A stretch of DNA of 62,883 nt, filler included, from Intoshia linei (Eukaryota > Animalia > Orthonectida): the NCBI GenBank assembly GCA_001642005.1. It is 8 parts of 8 records of this genome, joined end to end, with 100 filler letters (N's around TTAATTAATTAA, not from the genome) between each part and the next. Parts side by side here need not be neighbours in the genome. Positions count along the whole stretch, not along the records: positions 1 to 11,524 come from LWCA01001166.1; positions 11,625 to 31,007 come from LWCA01000742.1; 6 more parts are not named here. The stretch is one strand, 5' to 3'. Below are positions 1 through 13,084 of this stretch, piece after piece. The translations under genes were made by a program, and so were the position numbers. The notes beneath the pieces are model-generated. The model saw only the letters and a program-made list of their open reading frames with translations. It was not told the DNA's origin and did no database searches. Each line of letters opens with the position of its first letter. The first letter of the stretch is position 1.

Positions 1-612
1 CTATACAAAATAAATTAAATTTTGCTCATTATTCATATTTTGAAGTGCTTTGACACCAAAAATCATATATGCAATTTTAAACGGTTCTTCGCTCAAATAG
101 ATTGTATGAAATATACAAGACATTTTTAATTAAAAATGGGAATTTTATCAAATAAAATTAATGACATGTCAATAAATTAATATTTTAAATAATGAATTAT
201 TACTATATTATTGTACAGTAGATTAAATATTAAATGTACTTAATCTGAATTAATAATGAATTAATTAACACTGACAAAAATATAATACATTTCTAAATAT
301 TATTTGTTTTTTAATGGTTATAACATTTTCATAATTAAATTAATTTAAATTAAAGCATAAAAGAAAAAATAGATACTACACTTAATACTCTTGGAATATA
401 TCAAAATAAATAAGTATCAATTAGATATTAATAAGTGTTTATGAGTATGATGACTACGCAAAATGTATTAATATACATTAATAATAAATGAATATAGTCT
501 CATAAATTATGGATAGATTGAAAAATTTAATTTAATCTGATTAATCAATATTAATGTTGTTATGAATAATCGCGTTGTTATGTTTAGACAATTACTATAT
601 TAATAAAAAGAA

Positions 613-3600
613 ATGCGTGTACGAAAGCATCATTTTGCATGGCTATTGGTGTTTTTATTAGGAATACTATTATTAAACTATACTATTAAAAAAAGCATCA
701 TACCAAATAAATTCAATATCGAACAAAATAATGATAAAGTTCACATTTCGCGGATATCTATAAATTCAGTAGACCCATTCAAACAAAATGAATTACGAAA
801 TATATTAGACAATAATGAAATATTGGCAAAAGCTGTAATGATATATGATGAAACGGACAAAATTTCCCAAAAAAAATTATTAGTCTTCGAATCTCTTTTG
901 AATACATTTAACTTGACTTTTATATACATAAAAAATTGTCTCGATGCAAATAGCTTTAACATTTATTCCACTAATTATGTTTTGTCTCATAAATTAAAAT
1001 TCTCAAATTTAAAATTAATCATTTATTTCAATGCAAAATGCTATCATGAATGGTCACTGAAAAAACAATTTACAAATATGGCTAGAATAGATAATGTTTT
1101 ATTATTTATTGAACCTGGAAAGACATATTTTAGGTCAATAAATTTCTTGAACGTCAAAATTGAAAACGAAAACAAAAATTTACCGAGTGTACAGATTGAA
1201 TCTCTTAATTTTCATCAGATTTTAAAATCAAACGTAACTGTGCCTTTAAATATCAATATTATTTCAAATATATACAAAAGACAATTAGTCAAAAATGAAA
1301 ATAATGATAATATTTTAAAAACTTTAAATTCCATTTATTATGATACCAAAGAACTTGAAATAAATATTTTTAAAAAATTAACTCCAGTCGTTAAAAGCAA
1401 ATATTATAATTTGATTTATAAAATGGAAGAGTTGAATCATATTGTATTTACTACATTGGAAATTGATGGCTGGGTTATGCAAACCCTTATAACAGAATCT
1501 ATAGCTCATTTGTTAAATAGAAGTATAGATTTAATGAAAATTATCCATATTAATATTGATCGCATTTTTGATATCAAAAATGGAATAAAACTGAAAAAGG
1601 ATGACGTAAAGGTGAATATTGAAAATCAAATTTTAATTTGCTGTTGCATTAATTTGATAAACATTTAGAAAATTATTGAATTACAAGATAATTTGAATCA
1701 ATACATAGAGAATTTTAAATTTGATTTTGGATTCGATGGGGCCATGTTTAAGGAAGGATTTCCTAATCAAATTGAAGGAGATGAATTCTTAATTGGTATG
1801 TTGTAGTTTTATTCATACTTCAATTAAAATTGGGCGGCAATAACACTTTTAGATGAATATTCGTATCTGTATTTGTATATTTAGTGTAAAAATTATGTTT
1901 GTCTGTAATTTAATTTTGAAATTGAGTCCTTCAGGGTCAATTTTACTTTATTTTTAAGATTATACACTCATTTTCTCTAATAAATTAAAAAAATGGGAAT
2001 TGTGTTTAAAATTCTTTACATAAACACAAATTAACTGGCAATAATTCACCTTAAATTAAATTTAATGTGAAATGACCGGTCAATGGTGAAACAAATTTTG
2101 GAAAAACTCTTTTAAAGGATTGATTATAGTGGATATGTTATAGAATTTTAATATAAGATTTTATTATTCAATTTATTTTTTTGTAGAATTAAAAAATCCT
2201 CCCTCGAAAGAGCTAGGTACTGTTTGTACGAAGAACATAACAGTCAAGCTAAAAAAATAATTTAATTATAATAGTTTATTTACGCATACAATCTTACTAT
2301 TCTAGTGACATTATTAAAATAATCATTAAAATTTTATTGGTTTCATATGGTTCACCATCATTCGATTTATAGTCTATCTTACGTCTATATTTAAAGCAAA
2401 ACTGTATAATTTATAAAAGTGTCTTAATTTATTGTAAGATGTACTTGAACGCGTTTATTATAATTAAAATATGTTACACATGTACTATACAATGGCATTA
2501 ATCCGATTAACCAATAATCTAATATAATTAAAATAATTATAATTCATTATTGAAAACCCTATAAACTATTTTCAATAAAATAATATTTATTGAATAGATA
2601 ATAATGAAAAATTTCTATGGCACAGAATGCTGTATCGACAAGTTGTACCTCATGTTTACCCTAAAAATGCGATTCAAACAAGTTTAAAGTATAATACAAA
2701 TTTTGCAACAGTAATTTATAAATTTATAAAATCATTTCTACTTAAATCCAACCATTTTTACTAAAAATCAAAATTTAACAGGCCTTAAGTGAAAAATCCA
2801 CTTTTAACCATCCTAAAAGGAAAAATTCAGTTTACCAACCCTTTAGGTAAAAATTCAATTTTACCGAATTGCATACTATCCCATAAAAACTCATTATCAC
2901 AAACAAATCAAAGTAAAGTTCTTAAATAGAAGGATTACCCATCAACACATATTATAACCTCTTTAATACTTACTTATACTGATGATGAAACGAATAATAC
3001 AATTAAAAAAAAATTATTTATGATGGATTTTTCTGTCCTTAAAATATTTTATATTTTCTTTATTTGATGTTTTTCCTGGTTTTTCTCGCTTTCCAAATAT
3101 AGTTAGTGGCAAATCAATTACATTCAATCTTTTTTTTCACGAATAACATTGAAAACGTGGTAGCATTTTTTACTTTGTCTTTGAAAAACATTTTGCAGTT
3201 GCACTTAATCAATTTCAGAGTTGGTAAAAGTGTATTTTTCCTTTAAGGCTTTGTAAAACTAGAATTTTACCTAAAAGGTTGGTAAAACTGAATTTTTTAT
3301 CAAAAATATTTATAATTGTATATAGAATCACAAAATACAATTAACTGAAGAATATCTGACGACTATAAGTGACTCTGGAATATATCCAGTGATTGATGAC
3401 TTTTATGATTCAATAAAAGAATACAACATAAAATTATTATCAACCATGTACTACAGAAATTTTTTGCCAGCTTATAGACGTTGTGGGTTTATATATAAAA
3501 ATATTAGAGTTTTATTAACTTACAAATGTTTTAATTAATCTTAGATTCTACCGAAAATTGATGTTTTTAAAGTTTCAAAGATAATAACTCAAATTATAAA

Positions 3601-6258
3601 TCGAAAGGTGATGGTAAAATGATGATATATGGGCGATTCTGGCAGAATATGGCATGTTACTTTAAAATGAGAAATTTTAGAAAATTCATAAATTTAAAAT
3701 AAATCTCATTTTCAACTGCGAAATTGCTCATGTGAAATTTAATTTAATTTACTATTGAATTGTTAACAATTTTTTAATACTTTTTTAGTTTATTCTGATG
3801 TCATACGATTCTTTTTACTTTACTGAACGTGAATATAGGGTGAACGAAATTTACAAAGTTTTTGAAATGCTCCATTATTTTACAAATTTCAAGTTTTCAA
3901 CTAAAAAAATAACTGAATTTGCTCAAGAATATTTTGAAAAATTAAATGAAAATAAACCAGAGCCAGTTTATTGGACGGTAAATACAAGCATTATGAATCC
4001 TAATTAATTGAATTAAAATATTCTTAATGAAAGAAATTTTATTTTTTAAGGTTTAAATGCATCTTACTTTTTCGACTCAGAAAATTAACTAATTTGAATA
4101 ATTTCTGATAGTAAAAATTAACTGGGTTAAACTTTATATCAGTAGTAAACTGAAATAAATAATACATTATAACCTTCAAATTATAGAATGCTTGTAATTT
4201 TCAACAATCCCGTAGTATTATGCAAGATTCCTCACTTTGTGATAGAATTCCAAAATTTATCATATTGGGCTCTAGAAAAGCAGGTTTTTATTTTAGAAAA
4301 TTTTGTTATATTATATGTAGGAACTGGAGCTCTTCAATTTTTTTTAAAGTCCAATCCACGCCTTGTTAATGGGCACAGACATTCTTATACCGTTATTACG
4401 GGAGACCCTGAAATGAAATATTTTGACATGTATTATCATGAATCGTTTGATAAGTAAGTTTTAAGAAATTAAGTATAATTTAGCATTATATGTTTGATAT
4501 TTTTAGATATTTAGCAACATTTCCTAAATTTAAATTCGGTCATAACAAGACTATATATTATTTTGAAAAAACACCAAATTATTTTAATACAAAAAAAACT
4601 CCTGAACGTATTTTTAATTTGTTTCCTAATATGAAACTTGTTGTTCTTCTTAAAGATCCGGTTAAACGAACATTTTCAGCTTTCCATGTATGATTATTAT
4701 TTTATCAAGAGGTAAATTTTTAAAATAGGAATTTGGCAATGGAAATTTTAATGAAAAAATTAAAAACATGGAATTAAGAAACGATAGTCGAGATTACTTA
4801 ATTGGAGAAAGTTTATATGCCAATCACTTTGAAAATTGGCTATATTATTTTAATCCCGATAACGTAATTATTTATTAACGATAACGTATTCAAAATGTTT
4901 TGAAATGAGAATTGAAATTTAAAAATTGCGTAGCAATGAAAAAAATTCTGAAGGAATGAATTATATAGATTTTCACCCATATTTCTTTATTGGAAATGTG
5001 TAGAGGTTCAATACACACTTTTTTGAATGAAATTGTAGGAGCAATATTTACATTTTTAATTTTTATTTTAATCAAAATATTTGAAAAATATTGGTTGATA
5101 ATATATTAAAAGTATTTTTCATCTGGAATGCTTAGATTTCTCGGGTTGAACTTTTGTATTTAAATCAACTGGAATAAGCTCTATCAGAATAATCTTTTTT
5201 TTAATTTTCGGACTGTTATTTATTACACATTTTTTTTTTAACAAAATATTTCAAAAAAAAATATATGAATACTAAAATGCTTTTTTGACCGTGAAGTCGT
5301 CACTCATTCGGATTGACATTTTCTGTGTTAGTTAACAGGATACAACTGTACAACCTGTAAATTTTTTAAAATTCTAGGGCTGTTTTCATTAAAAAAAAAG
5401 GGTAATTTGGGGTTTTGGACCTGAAGATATAATTTTTTTAAATTTAAATTTATGGTAATGTTTATGATTTTAAAATCCGTATCAGCGTATATATTTTTTT
5501 AAATTCTCCAACTCGTTTGATTTTCAAAAAGAGGGACAACTGGGGTTTTTAACCCGTAAAATGTGAAATTGGGAGGTTTAAATTAAGTTTGCGAACACTC
5601 CCGAAAAAAACTGTAATTGAAATGTGGACTTTATAAAATTCTAAGACCGGTAGTTATTTAAATAAAGTAGGACACACAGACACACACACACATACACAAA
5701 CAAAAATCGCTTAGCATATTATACTATGTTATGTTATGTATAAGTTAAAATATTTTGGTTACCTATATCAATATTATTTTTACTGCTAAAACTTACTTAA
5801 AGCAAGTCATCAATTCGTCGTAAATTGATAATATCTGATTTGTAGAACATTTTAAAACATGTAGTAATATTTCAATAGATTCTAGTACTCGATTCAGCCA
5901 GACTTGTCACGAATCCCATCGAAACAATGTACAAAGTAGCTGACTTTCTTAAATTACCATATTATAATTACGAAAGTGTTATCAAGTAATTAATGTTACA
6001 TACTTAAAAAATATTCAATTTTTATAATTATTTTCAAATAGATATCACAATGAAAAGGGATTTTACTGTCTGTTATCAAAAAATGGGATATCTTTCTCTT
6101 GTTTACCTTCGTCAAAAGGTCGAAACTATGAACCAATGACGGAAGAATCAAAATCAAAATTAGAAACATTTTTTCAAGAACCGAATAAAAAATTATGTAA
6201 AATATTGAAAAATATACAATCCGTAAATTTGAATTGGTTGAATCCTTACTGCAGTTAA
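613..6258 (+). CDS. NDST: Heparan sulfate N-deacetylase/N-sulfotransferase-like protein (multi-exon)
   Basis: N-terminal TM anchor. Spliced exons (613-1611, 1669-1795, ~2599-2710, ~3327-3508, 3545-, 3789-3977, 4187-4283, 4321-, 4507-4687, 4729-4863, 5879-, 6041-6258) give NIDRIFDIKNGIKLKKDDVK, NFKFDFGFDG, SGIYPV, PAYRRCGFIY, CDRIPKFIILGSRKAGTGAL, YFEKTPNYF, LKDPVKRTFS, KGFYC..CLPSSKGRNY, colinear with NDST1. Confidence 0.88.
1935..2252 (+). mobile_element. Non-autonomous Helitron, 3' fragment
   Basis: Ends in gagctaggtactgtttgtac...aacagtcaagcta, the family 3' hairpin plus a degenerate CTAG. Confidence 0.6.
2735..3310. mobile_element. Foldback-like non-autonomous DNA element with tandem subrepeats in its inverted arms (NDST intron)
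   Basis: Units like ttttaccaaccctttaggtaaaaattc repeat on the left and recur inverted on the right; a related copy in opposite orientation lies at ~33175-33590. Confidence 0.6.
4885..5750 (-). mobile_element. Non-autonomous Helitron family copy in NDST intron
   Basis: Near-identical to 18900-19740 and reverse complement of 38802-39360/31108-31300; contains a (CA)n tract near the 5' end. Confidence 0.7.
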
Positions 6259-6597
6259 AAATTTACTGAAACATATATTTTTCTAATCTCATTAATACAA
6301 TATAGAAATTAAATTTTATATTATTTTTTATTTTTAATTTAATTATTGAATTTCATATAACACCTGTAGCAGGAGTTTAATTTTAAACTCTAAAATTGAC
6401 ACTGTATCAGGTTGTCACCGACACATATAAATATACTTTTCATCTCATGTTCAATTGAATATTTACATTATCACAAATTAGTATATATAGTTACCTGTAT
6501 TTCAAACATGTAACCATGCATTGCCTTAATAAACATCATTTTAATTATAATATTCATAGTTACATAATTAAACGAATTATAATAAAGATATATTAAT

Positions 6598-7186
6598 ATG
6601 AAGTTGGTTAGGTTTATATGTAAAATTATATTTTAAATTTATTATATAACAGATTCTTAATGAAATTGAGCCATGAAACGGTTACAATTGAACTAAAAGA
6701 TGGAACCGTTATAACTGGAACGATTGCTGGTAATTTTATCCAAAATATATTAAACTTTCCATGCTACAGTAAAAAATTTATAGCGTAATATGCGATTATA
6801 TAACAAAATATTAACCCATACTTTTTGTATGTAAATGATTAAATTTAAGATATCTAAATTCATATATTGTATTACATTTCAGGTGTGGATATGAGCATGA
6901 ATACCCATTTAAAAAATGTAAAGTTGAAATCACCCAATAAGGATCCAATGACGTTGGATAGCATGAGCATTAGAGGAAACAATATTAGATGCTACATTTT
7001 ACCGGATGCTTTACCTCTTGATACTCTTTTGATATACGATGAACCGAAAATTAAACAAAGAAAGAAAGAACGTAATTATTCGCTTAAATATGTTTATATT
7101 TATTTTCAGTTCGACCAATGAGCAGGGGTAGAGCGCGTGGACGTGGACGAGGACGAGGTAGAGCTAGGGGTGGACGTCGATTTTAA
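6598..7186 (+). CDS. SNRPD1: Small nuclear ribonucleoprotein Sm D1
   Basis: Four exons give [56 protein letters not shown] followed by an RG-repeat tail ([20 protein letters not shown]). Confidence 0.97.
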
Positions 7187-8256
7187 ATAATAATTATACT
7201 TAATTGTGTATAAATAAACATTTTTTTAATCTGCTTATAAATCTTTCACCCACCTTGTGCAATTTATAAATAATTACAAATTAGCAGTATAAATTGTACC
7301 CGGAACGTAGTTACAATCGAAATTTTGAATATGATTATATGCGAGTTAAATTTCTAAAAGTGTTTGGTGTTGATTTTATCATCGAATTTGTCAAAATCAA
7401 AAATTTTCATGATATGTACCAATTAAGCTTTGTTAAAACTTTTTTATTTCACTCAACACTTTTTGGTTATTACAAAAATTTAAATTCCATTTGTAAAAGT
7501 CAATTTGATAATAACTTATAATTATGTGAATTACACTAACCTAATTTTCAACTTTTTCATGTTAACCAGACAAACTTAATTGATTTTTAAAAAAATTTAA
7601 AATTTTGAATTTTCAACTTCAACTAGTGTTGGTAATCGATAAAAATCTTTGGGTAATTACAGATAAAAATGTTTTACCGGTAAATTCTTATGTAAATTAA
7701 AGGACATTGGTATTTATTTTTTTTATTACAATATGTAAGTACATTAGGGTGTCACACCCATCAAAGAATCAAGGACAATTAGCACTAAAAGTGTATTTTT
7801 AAAATAAAAAAACTAATTCACAATCAAAAACATTTAACGCTATCTGTTCGAGTTGCGTTTGTCATTAAAAATATGATGGAAAAATTAAAACGGAAATTGG
7901 CGGAAACCCAAATTTGTTTCAGGTGGAACCATCATATCACATTACTTTTTACTTTAAAGTGAATTATTCCATCTTAATTTTTTGTTTATTAACATTTGCG
8001 TAAAAAATTTTAAAAACAATTGTTATCTCATTTTTTCAATTTATTAGACAAAATGTGTGTATAATATTAAAAATAAAGTAAAAACAGTTCAATCCTAAAA
8101 ATTGTCATAAATAGCATAAATTCCAGAAAAAATATATTATAAAAACATATTTTATTATTTTCAATGTGATGATACATATGCAGTACTAAGGATGACAAAT
8201 AACCGGAAAAAAATTAACCGGTTAAATTTTGTATAATAAATTTTTTATTATTACTA

Positions 8257-9041
8257 TTATATATAATAAAATTTATTAGACATCTTTAAAAAACATAGTG
8301 CATCAATACTTTCATCTGAAAGCCTAGATCTAATTTTAGTTAGAAATAGACCAAATGATAAAAATGTTCTTTCTGCTTCCACACTTGTCGCTTGAATAGA
8401 CAATATAGATTTATATAATGATTCTAAAGGTGGAGTTCTTAATTGTGTAATTTTGTAACATTTTAATACAGTGCTGACAAGCACTGCTGATGTTATTATT
8501 GATAAGCATGATGTTCGTATTCATGGCATTCATGTATTTTTTTCAAAATTGAGATTGATTATCATTATTTAAAATATCGTGATCTATTTGGGGTTCACAG
8601 AATTGCTTTTTTTTTTTACTAAAATTGTCGTCAATATTCAATCTTTTAAGTGCTATTTCTATATTTGATCTTAATATTTTTTTAGGCAATAATGGAAAAA
8701 TACTATCCCTCATACTTTTAAAATCATATAGATATGATATAATAGAATTTGTTTTTATACGTCTACGTGATGTATATCGTTTAAAAATAGAGTCATAAAC
8801 TTTTAAGAAAATAGATGTATTAATTGTATTTAAGTTTTTTAAGTAGAAATTGCATAAATGATTCTGAATAAAAAACATTAGTATTTTTAGAGCATATATT
8901 TTTTGTAACAACTTCTATAGGACTTAAAACATTTATAAGATGTAAAGTTGTTAAATCTGTTATGTTAATTGTATACGTTGATCCAATTACTCTGAGAGCT
9001 TTATGTATACAATTATTTAGTTTTATAAACTGTGTTATCAT
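8257..9041 (-). pseudogene. Frameshifted hAT transposase remnant
   Basis: C-terminal dimerisation motif QATSVEAERTFLSFGLFLTKIRSRLSDESIDALCFLK; split across three ORFs. Confidence 0.85.
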
Positions 9042-9234
9042 AGGTCAGTGTTTCTCAACCTTTTTTACTGCGCGGAACCCTTATGAAATTATGAAATTTA
9101 TCTTATTATCACTACCGGAAAAAACTGTGGAAATTGAAATGTGAACTTTATAAAATTCTAAGACTGGTAGTTATTGACATAAACGGTAACACACACACAC
9201 CAACAAATATTAGAAACCATATTATAATTATAAT

Positions 9235-10330
9235 ATGAAACCTGAAAACGGCGCGAATAATTACGTTAATCATGAAAACCTAGAAAGAACCACTTTTGAT
9301 CTGGAAGAATCAGTCTAGTTTTAAAAAAACAATGAAAAAAATTGAATTATAATTTAATTTAAGAAGAAAGAAAAGAGGTAAATCGACATTGATATTAAAA
9401 TATTGTATTATTATTAGTTAAAAAAATACAATTCAAAAATCACTTCGAAAATCTGAAAAGAAAACTAAAGAATTGAATCTAATTATTGAAGATGATAAAT
9501 CTGTTTACAATTATGTTATGTCATGTTAATTAAATTACATTATGTAATTAGATAACAGTTATGGCGCAAATATCATTATTATGTCAACAGGTAACTTCAT
9601 TTAAAAATTTAATTTTGTTTCGGAATATCAAAAATGTTGAAACGTATTATTTAATATACATATTTTAATTATAATTTAATGTACATGCAAATGTCTGTCA
9701 GTGTTGACCAATTTGTGCCATTTTCATTATTTTCTATAATCCCTACTAAATATATTAAATGTGATATTTGAATTATTCAAGTAAATTCATTGATATTTTA
9801 AAATAAGTTTTAGAATTTCAAATTGAGGACTTGAACATTGGACATGAACTTGAGGATAAGCAAGTGGTTCATATTGATTTTATATTCTATAGTAAATATA
9901 TTAGAATTCTTTTACCAAAATTAAATTTGAAAACGGCGCGAATAATGACGTTAATCATAAAAATGATAAAGACGTAAACGAAGAAATAATGCAAGTAGCA
10001 ACTAGTGGATATGGTAGTTACATGAGACGTGAACCACCTAAAAACTTGGGAAGTATACCTATTCCAAAAGTAAGCTCAAAGTTATATAAATTGTATTGTC
10101 CTTCTTGTTATCAATGTGTTTATGATTTTTCTTTGATCTATTTATAATTTATTTGTAGGGTAAATCCAATTGTCTGAATGGTCTTGCATTTGTTATTACT
10201 GGAAAATGGGAATTATTTGATAGAGATACTATTAAAGAGTTTATTTAAAGATATGGTGGTATTATACGACCCAAAATTAGTTCAAAACATCATATGTTGT
10301 TGTCGGTAAAGAACCGAGTCGGTAGTAGAA
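9235..10330 (+). pseudogene. RFC1-like (replication factor C large subunit) BRCT fragment, disrupted
   Basis: GYGSYMRREPPKNLGSIPIPK|GKSNCLNGLAFVITGKWELFDRDTIKEFI*RYGG matches the RFC1 pre-BRCT/BRCT region; in-frame TAA at ~10246 and a downstream frameshift; no ATPase exons visible. 5' limit uncertain. Confidence 0.7.
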
Positions 10331-10570
10331 AATGAAAAAAGTTTATATTTTTGTTAGAATACAGTTAGTATAGTTTTTTGAACCAATACACGCATGTAGT
10401 TTTTGGTATTGTGATTTTTTCAGTGCATTTTGTTTGGATAACTTATCCTAGAATAAAGTTACATTTTGAAATATTTAATTGTTACACGTGCATTTTATTT
10501 TGAATTTTACTGATTACGATTTGTTATAAAAGTAATATTATGTTACTTTTTGTACTATTGATATATAAGT

Positions 10571-11301
10571 ATGCCAAAAAATCCAAAATCGAGACAGGAA
10601 AAAATCAGCAATATTCTAAAACTTTATCCAACTGAATTTAAAATGATGGACAACAATTTATTTTGTTTAAGATGCAATTGCAATGTCTCGTTTGATAAAT
10701 TACATTATGTACAAGTACATAGGGGTTCATCAAAACAGAAATCTTTAAATACTGTTATGCCTATACGAAAATACTTAAAAGTTAAGAGTGATTTTGCATT
10801 GGAAGTGTTAGAAGCTTTTTTGTCAACAGTCATACCATTATATAAATAAATTTGAATTAGTAAAAATAATTATTAATGGTATACCAGGAAATAATGTGAT
10901 CATACAACGAGTAAGGAAGGCAGTATCTGTAGTTGAATTATATGATGAATTAATGCAACTCAATGGTTATGCATCTATAATAAATGTGATTAAATTGGCA
11001 AAAGACTCATTTAACATTAATAAAGCATTTGAAACATTTTAAAATTTAAATTTTGTTCCAGATCCATGTAAAATACTTCATTACATAGAAAAAAGGTTGA
11101 AAACCAATGACATTACAAATATAATGATGGCTTTGGATAAATCTAAGCCTCCTTCATTGTACAGTAAATTAAGAAATGGACCATCAACATCTAATGGTAT
11201 AGAGAAGTTTTAGTATGTTGAATAAATTCTTAACTAAACAAAGAAATTTTGCACATGATAATATAAAGAAATATTTAATATTGTACCATAATAAAGTATG
11301 A
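10571..11301 (+). pseudogene. Internally deleted CGGBP1-like/hAT transposase remnant
   Basis: N-terminal zinc finger LFCLRCNCNV..H; C-terminal PSTSNGIE.(fs)FSMLNKFLTKQRNFAHDNIKKYLILY resembles a hAT dimerisation motif. Confidence 0.65.
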
Positions 11302-11524
11302 AATAATACTTTGTCTTATTTGTATGACTTTCCACGTAATAGTCACTTTTGTTAATTGATGAAACATGAATTTTACTGAAAACAGTTTATAAATTTTTTA
11401 TAGGTTATAAAAAGTTTGCCCTAATGATAATAAATAAACAAATAATGAAAATAAATTAAAAAACGCTACCTTTAAATTATATGCTACCATATTTCTTTTT
11501 ACGTTGTTTGTTAGTTTGATTTGT

Positions 11525-11623
11525 NNNNNNNNNNNNNNNNNNNNNNNNNNNNNNNNNNNNNNNNNNNNTTAATTAATTAANNNNNNNNNNNNNNNNNNNN
11601 NNNNNNNNNNNNNNNNNNNNNNN
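11525..11623. other. Scaffold gap with artificial TTAATTAATTAA spacer (also at 31008, 43163, 45398, 47712, 54150, 58284)
   Basis: Identical N-run/12-mer/N-run layout seven times. Confidence 0.97.
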
Positions 11624-11744
11624 NCTTCCACGTATGGGGTGGCACTTTTGTATTTTCGCAAAAAAGTGAAAAAATTCATACCCCTAATGTATATCCTTAT
11701 CCTCGAAATTTAATTTTTTTAAAATAAATTATGAATAATAAAAA

Positions 11745-12650
11745 TTACTAAACTAAGACATTCATCTCTATGTCCTTGTATGCCTCCAAATATAGCTATT
11801 TGTGAATTCATTTTCCAGTGCCAAAGTTTCACGCAACGATCTAAAAAAATCATATTATGAACAAAAAAAATTAAAACTCTTTCTAAAGCCATAATGAAAA
11901 TAATTTCCCAAAATAAAACACGATACAAAACAAAAATAATAATAATATCAAATATCAAAAATTTTACAATTTTTGGGTAATTTGAAATGTATCGTTTAAT
12001 ACAGTGGTTTTCAACCTTTTTGTGTTCGCGACCCCCCTTATAAACAAAAAATTTTCTATATACTCCAAACATCTTATCAATTCACATAAATGAAAATATT
12101 AAAAAAGCATATTCAGTTTTATTTATATTTTATACTGTGTTCAAATTCTCACGACTCCCCTAATAAATTTCGCGGCCCCATGGTTGAAAATCAATGGTTT
12201 AATACCTTTACTAGCTGAAAAAACCAAATTTGGATTATGACAATGAGTCATTAATTCATTAACAGAAGAGCCATGACCAAGCAAAACCTTATGATAATGT
12301 TTGTCTAGTAATTTAATAACTCGTATTATTCCTAGTGAACCAGCCACCAAAATGACTGGAACTTTTTTTGAATCATCATACGTCCAATCACATGTATAAA
12401 AAATCTAAAATTTAAAATTACCCCAAAAAACCAATAAAAATTACATCATTATAATCTGCAAACGAGTAAATAATCCGGGTTGTAAATTTTTCAGAATCTT
12501 CAATTTCATAAACATTAATCTGTAAAAAATTAAAAAATAAAAATTTCAAAACAAAAAAATTTTAAACCTCTTTTCCGCCTACTACGCAAAATACATTACT
12601 AGAATATTTGAAAAATGAAACACCAAATAATTTTCTACTATTGACTTCCT
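11745..12650 (-). CDS. EED: Polycomb protein EED/esc (WD40), 5' portion; 3' part lost in gap, start not resolved
   Basis: FYTCDWTYD..VAGSLGIIRVI..GHGSSVNEL..NPNLVFSASKDRCVKLW..IAIFGGIQGHRDECLS is the EED signature. Confidence 0.92.
12002..12196. mobile_element. hAT (Buster-type) MITE in EED intron
   Basis: TIRs cagtggttttcaacc / ggttgaaaatcaatg; 8-bp TSD gtttaata at 11994-12001 and 12197-12204. Confidence 0.85.
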
Positions 12651-13084
12651 AAAATGAAAAAAAAAAAAACTCAAATAACAATTAAAAATGTAAATTAATA
12701 TTAATAAACATTTAAATATATGTAATCACATTCACATTTCTTCAACTTTTCAAAAGGGCCCAAACCTAACTACAAATATGACAAAAATGCAGTAACTTTT
12801 TTTGATTTTTAAATTTTACAACTTATGAATATTATAAATTTTATAAATAAAAGTTAAAAAATTGGAAATATTGTATGTTATTTTGTGTCGGGTAATTATA
12901 ATAAATATATTAACCCTAAGCCATGATTTAAATGTTAAGTTTAACATTTTGTATAATCAAATAAATTATAATAAAACCTTGATAGTTTCAACATATTCAA
13001 ATTTTAAATTTGATTTCACATTTTTCTTCATAATTGTTATAGCAAACAAAAATTAAGTTTTTTTAATAACGTATTAACGAGTAA

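Noticed and set aside
4890-5075. Similar small ORFs at 4890 and 18847 suggesting a gene family
   Set aside because: Chance ORFs within Helitron copies; frames are not conserved among copies.
11569-11580. Palindromic TTAATTAATTAA repeated seven times
   Set aside because: Always centred in N runs; an artificial six-frame-stop scaffolding linker.
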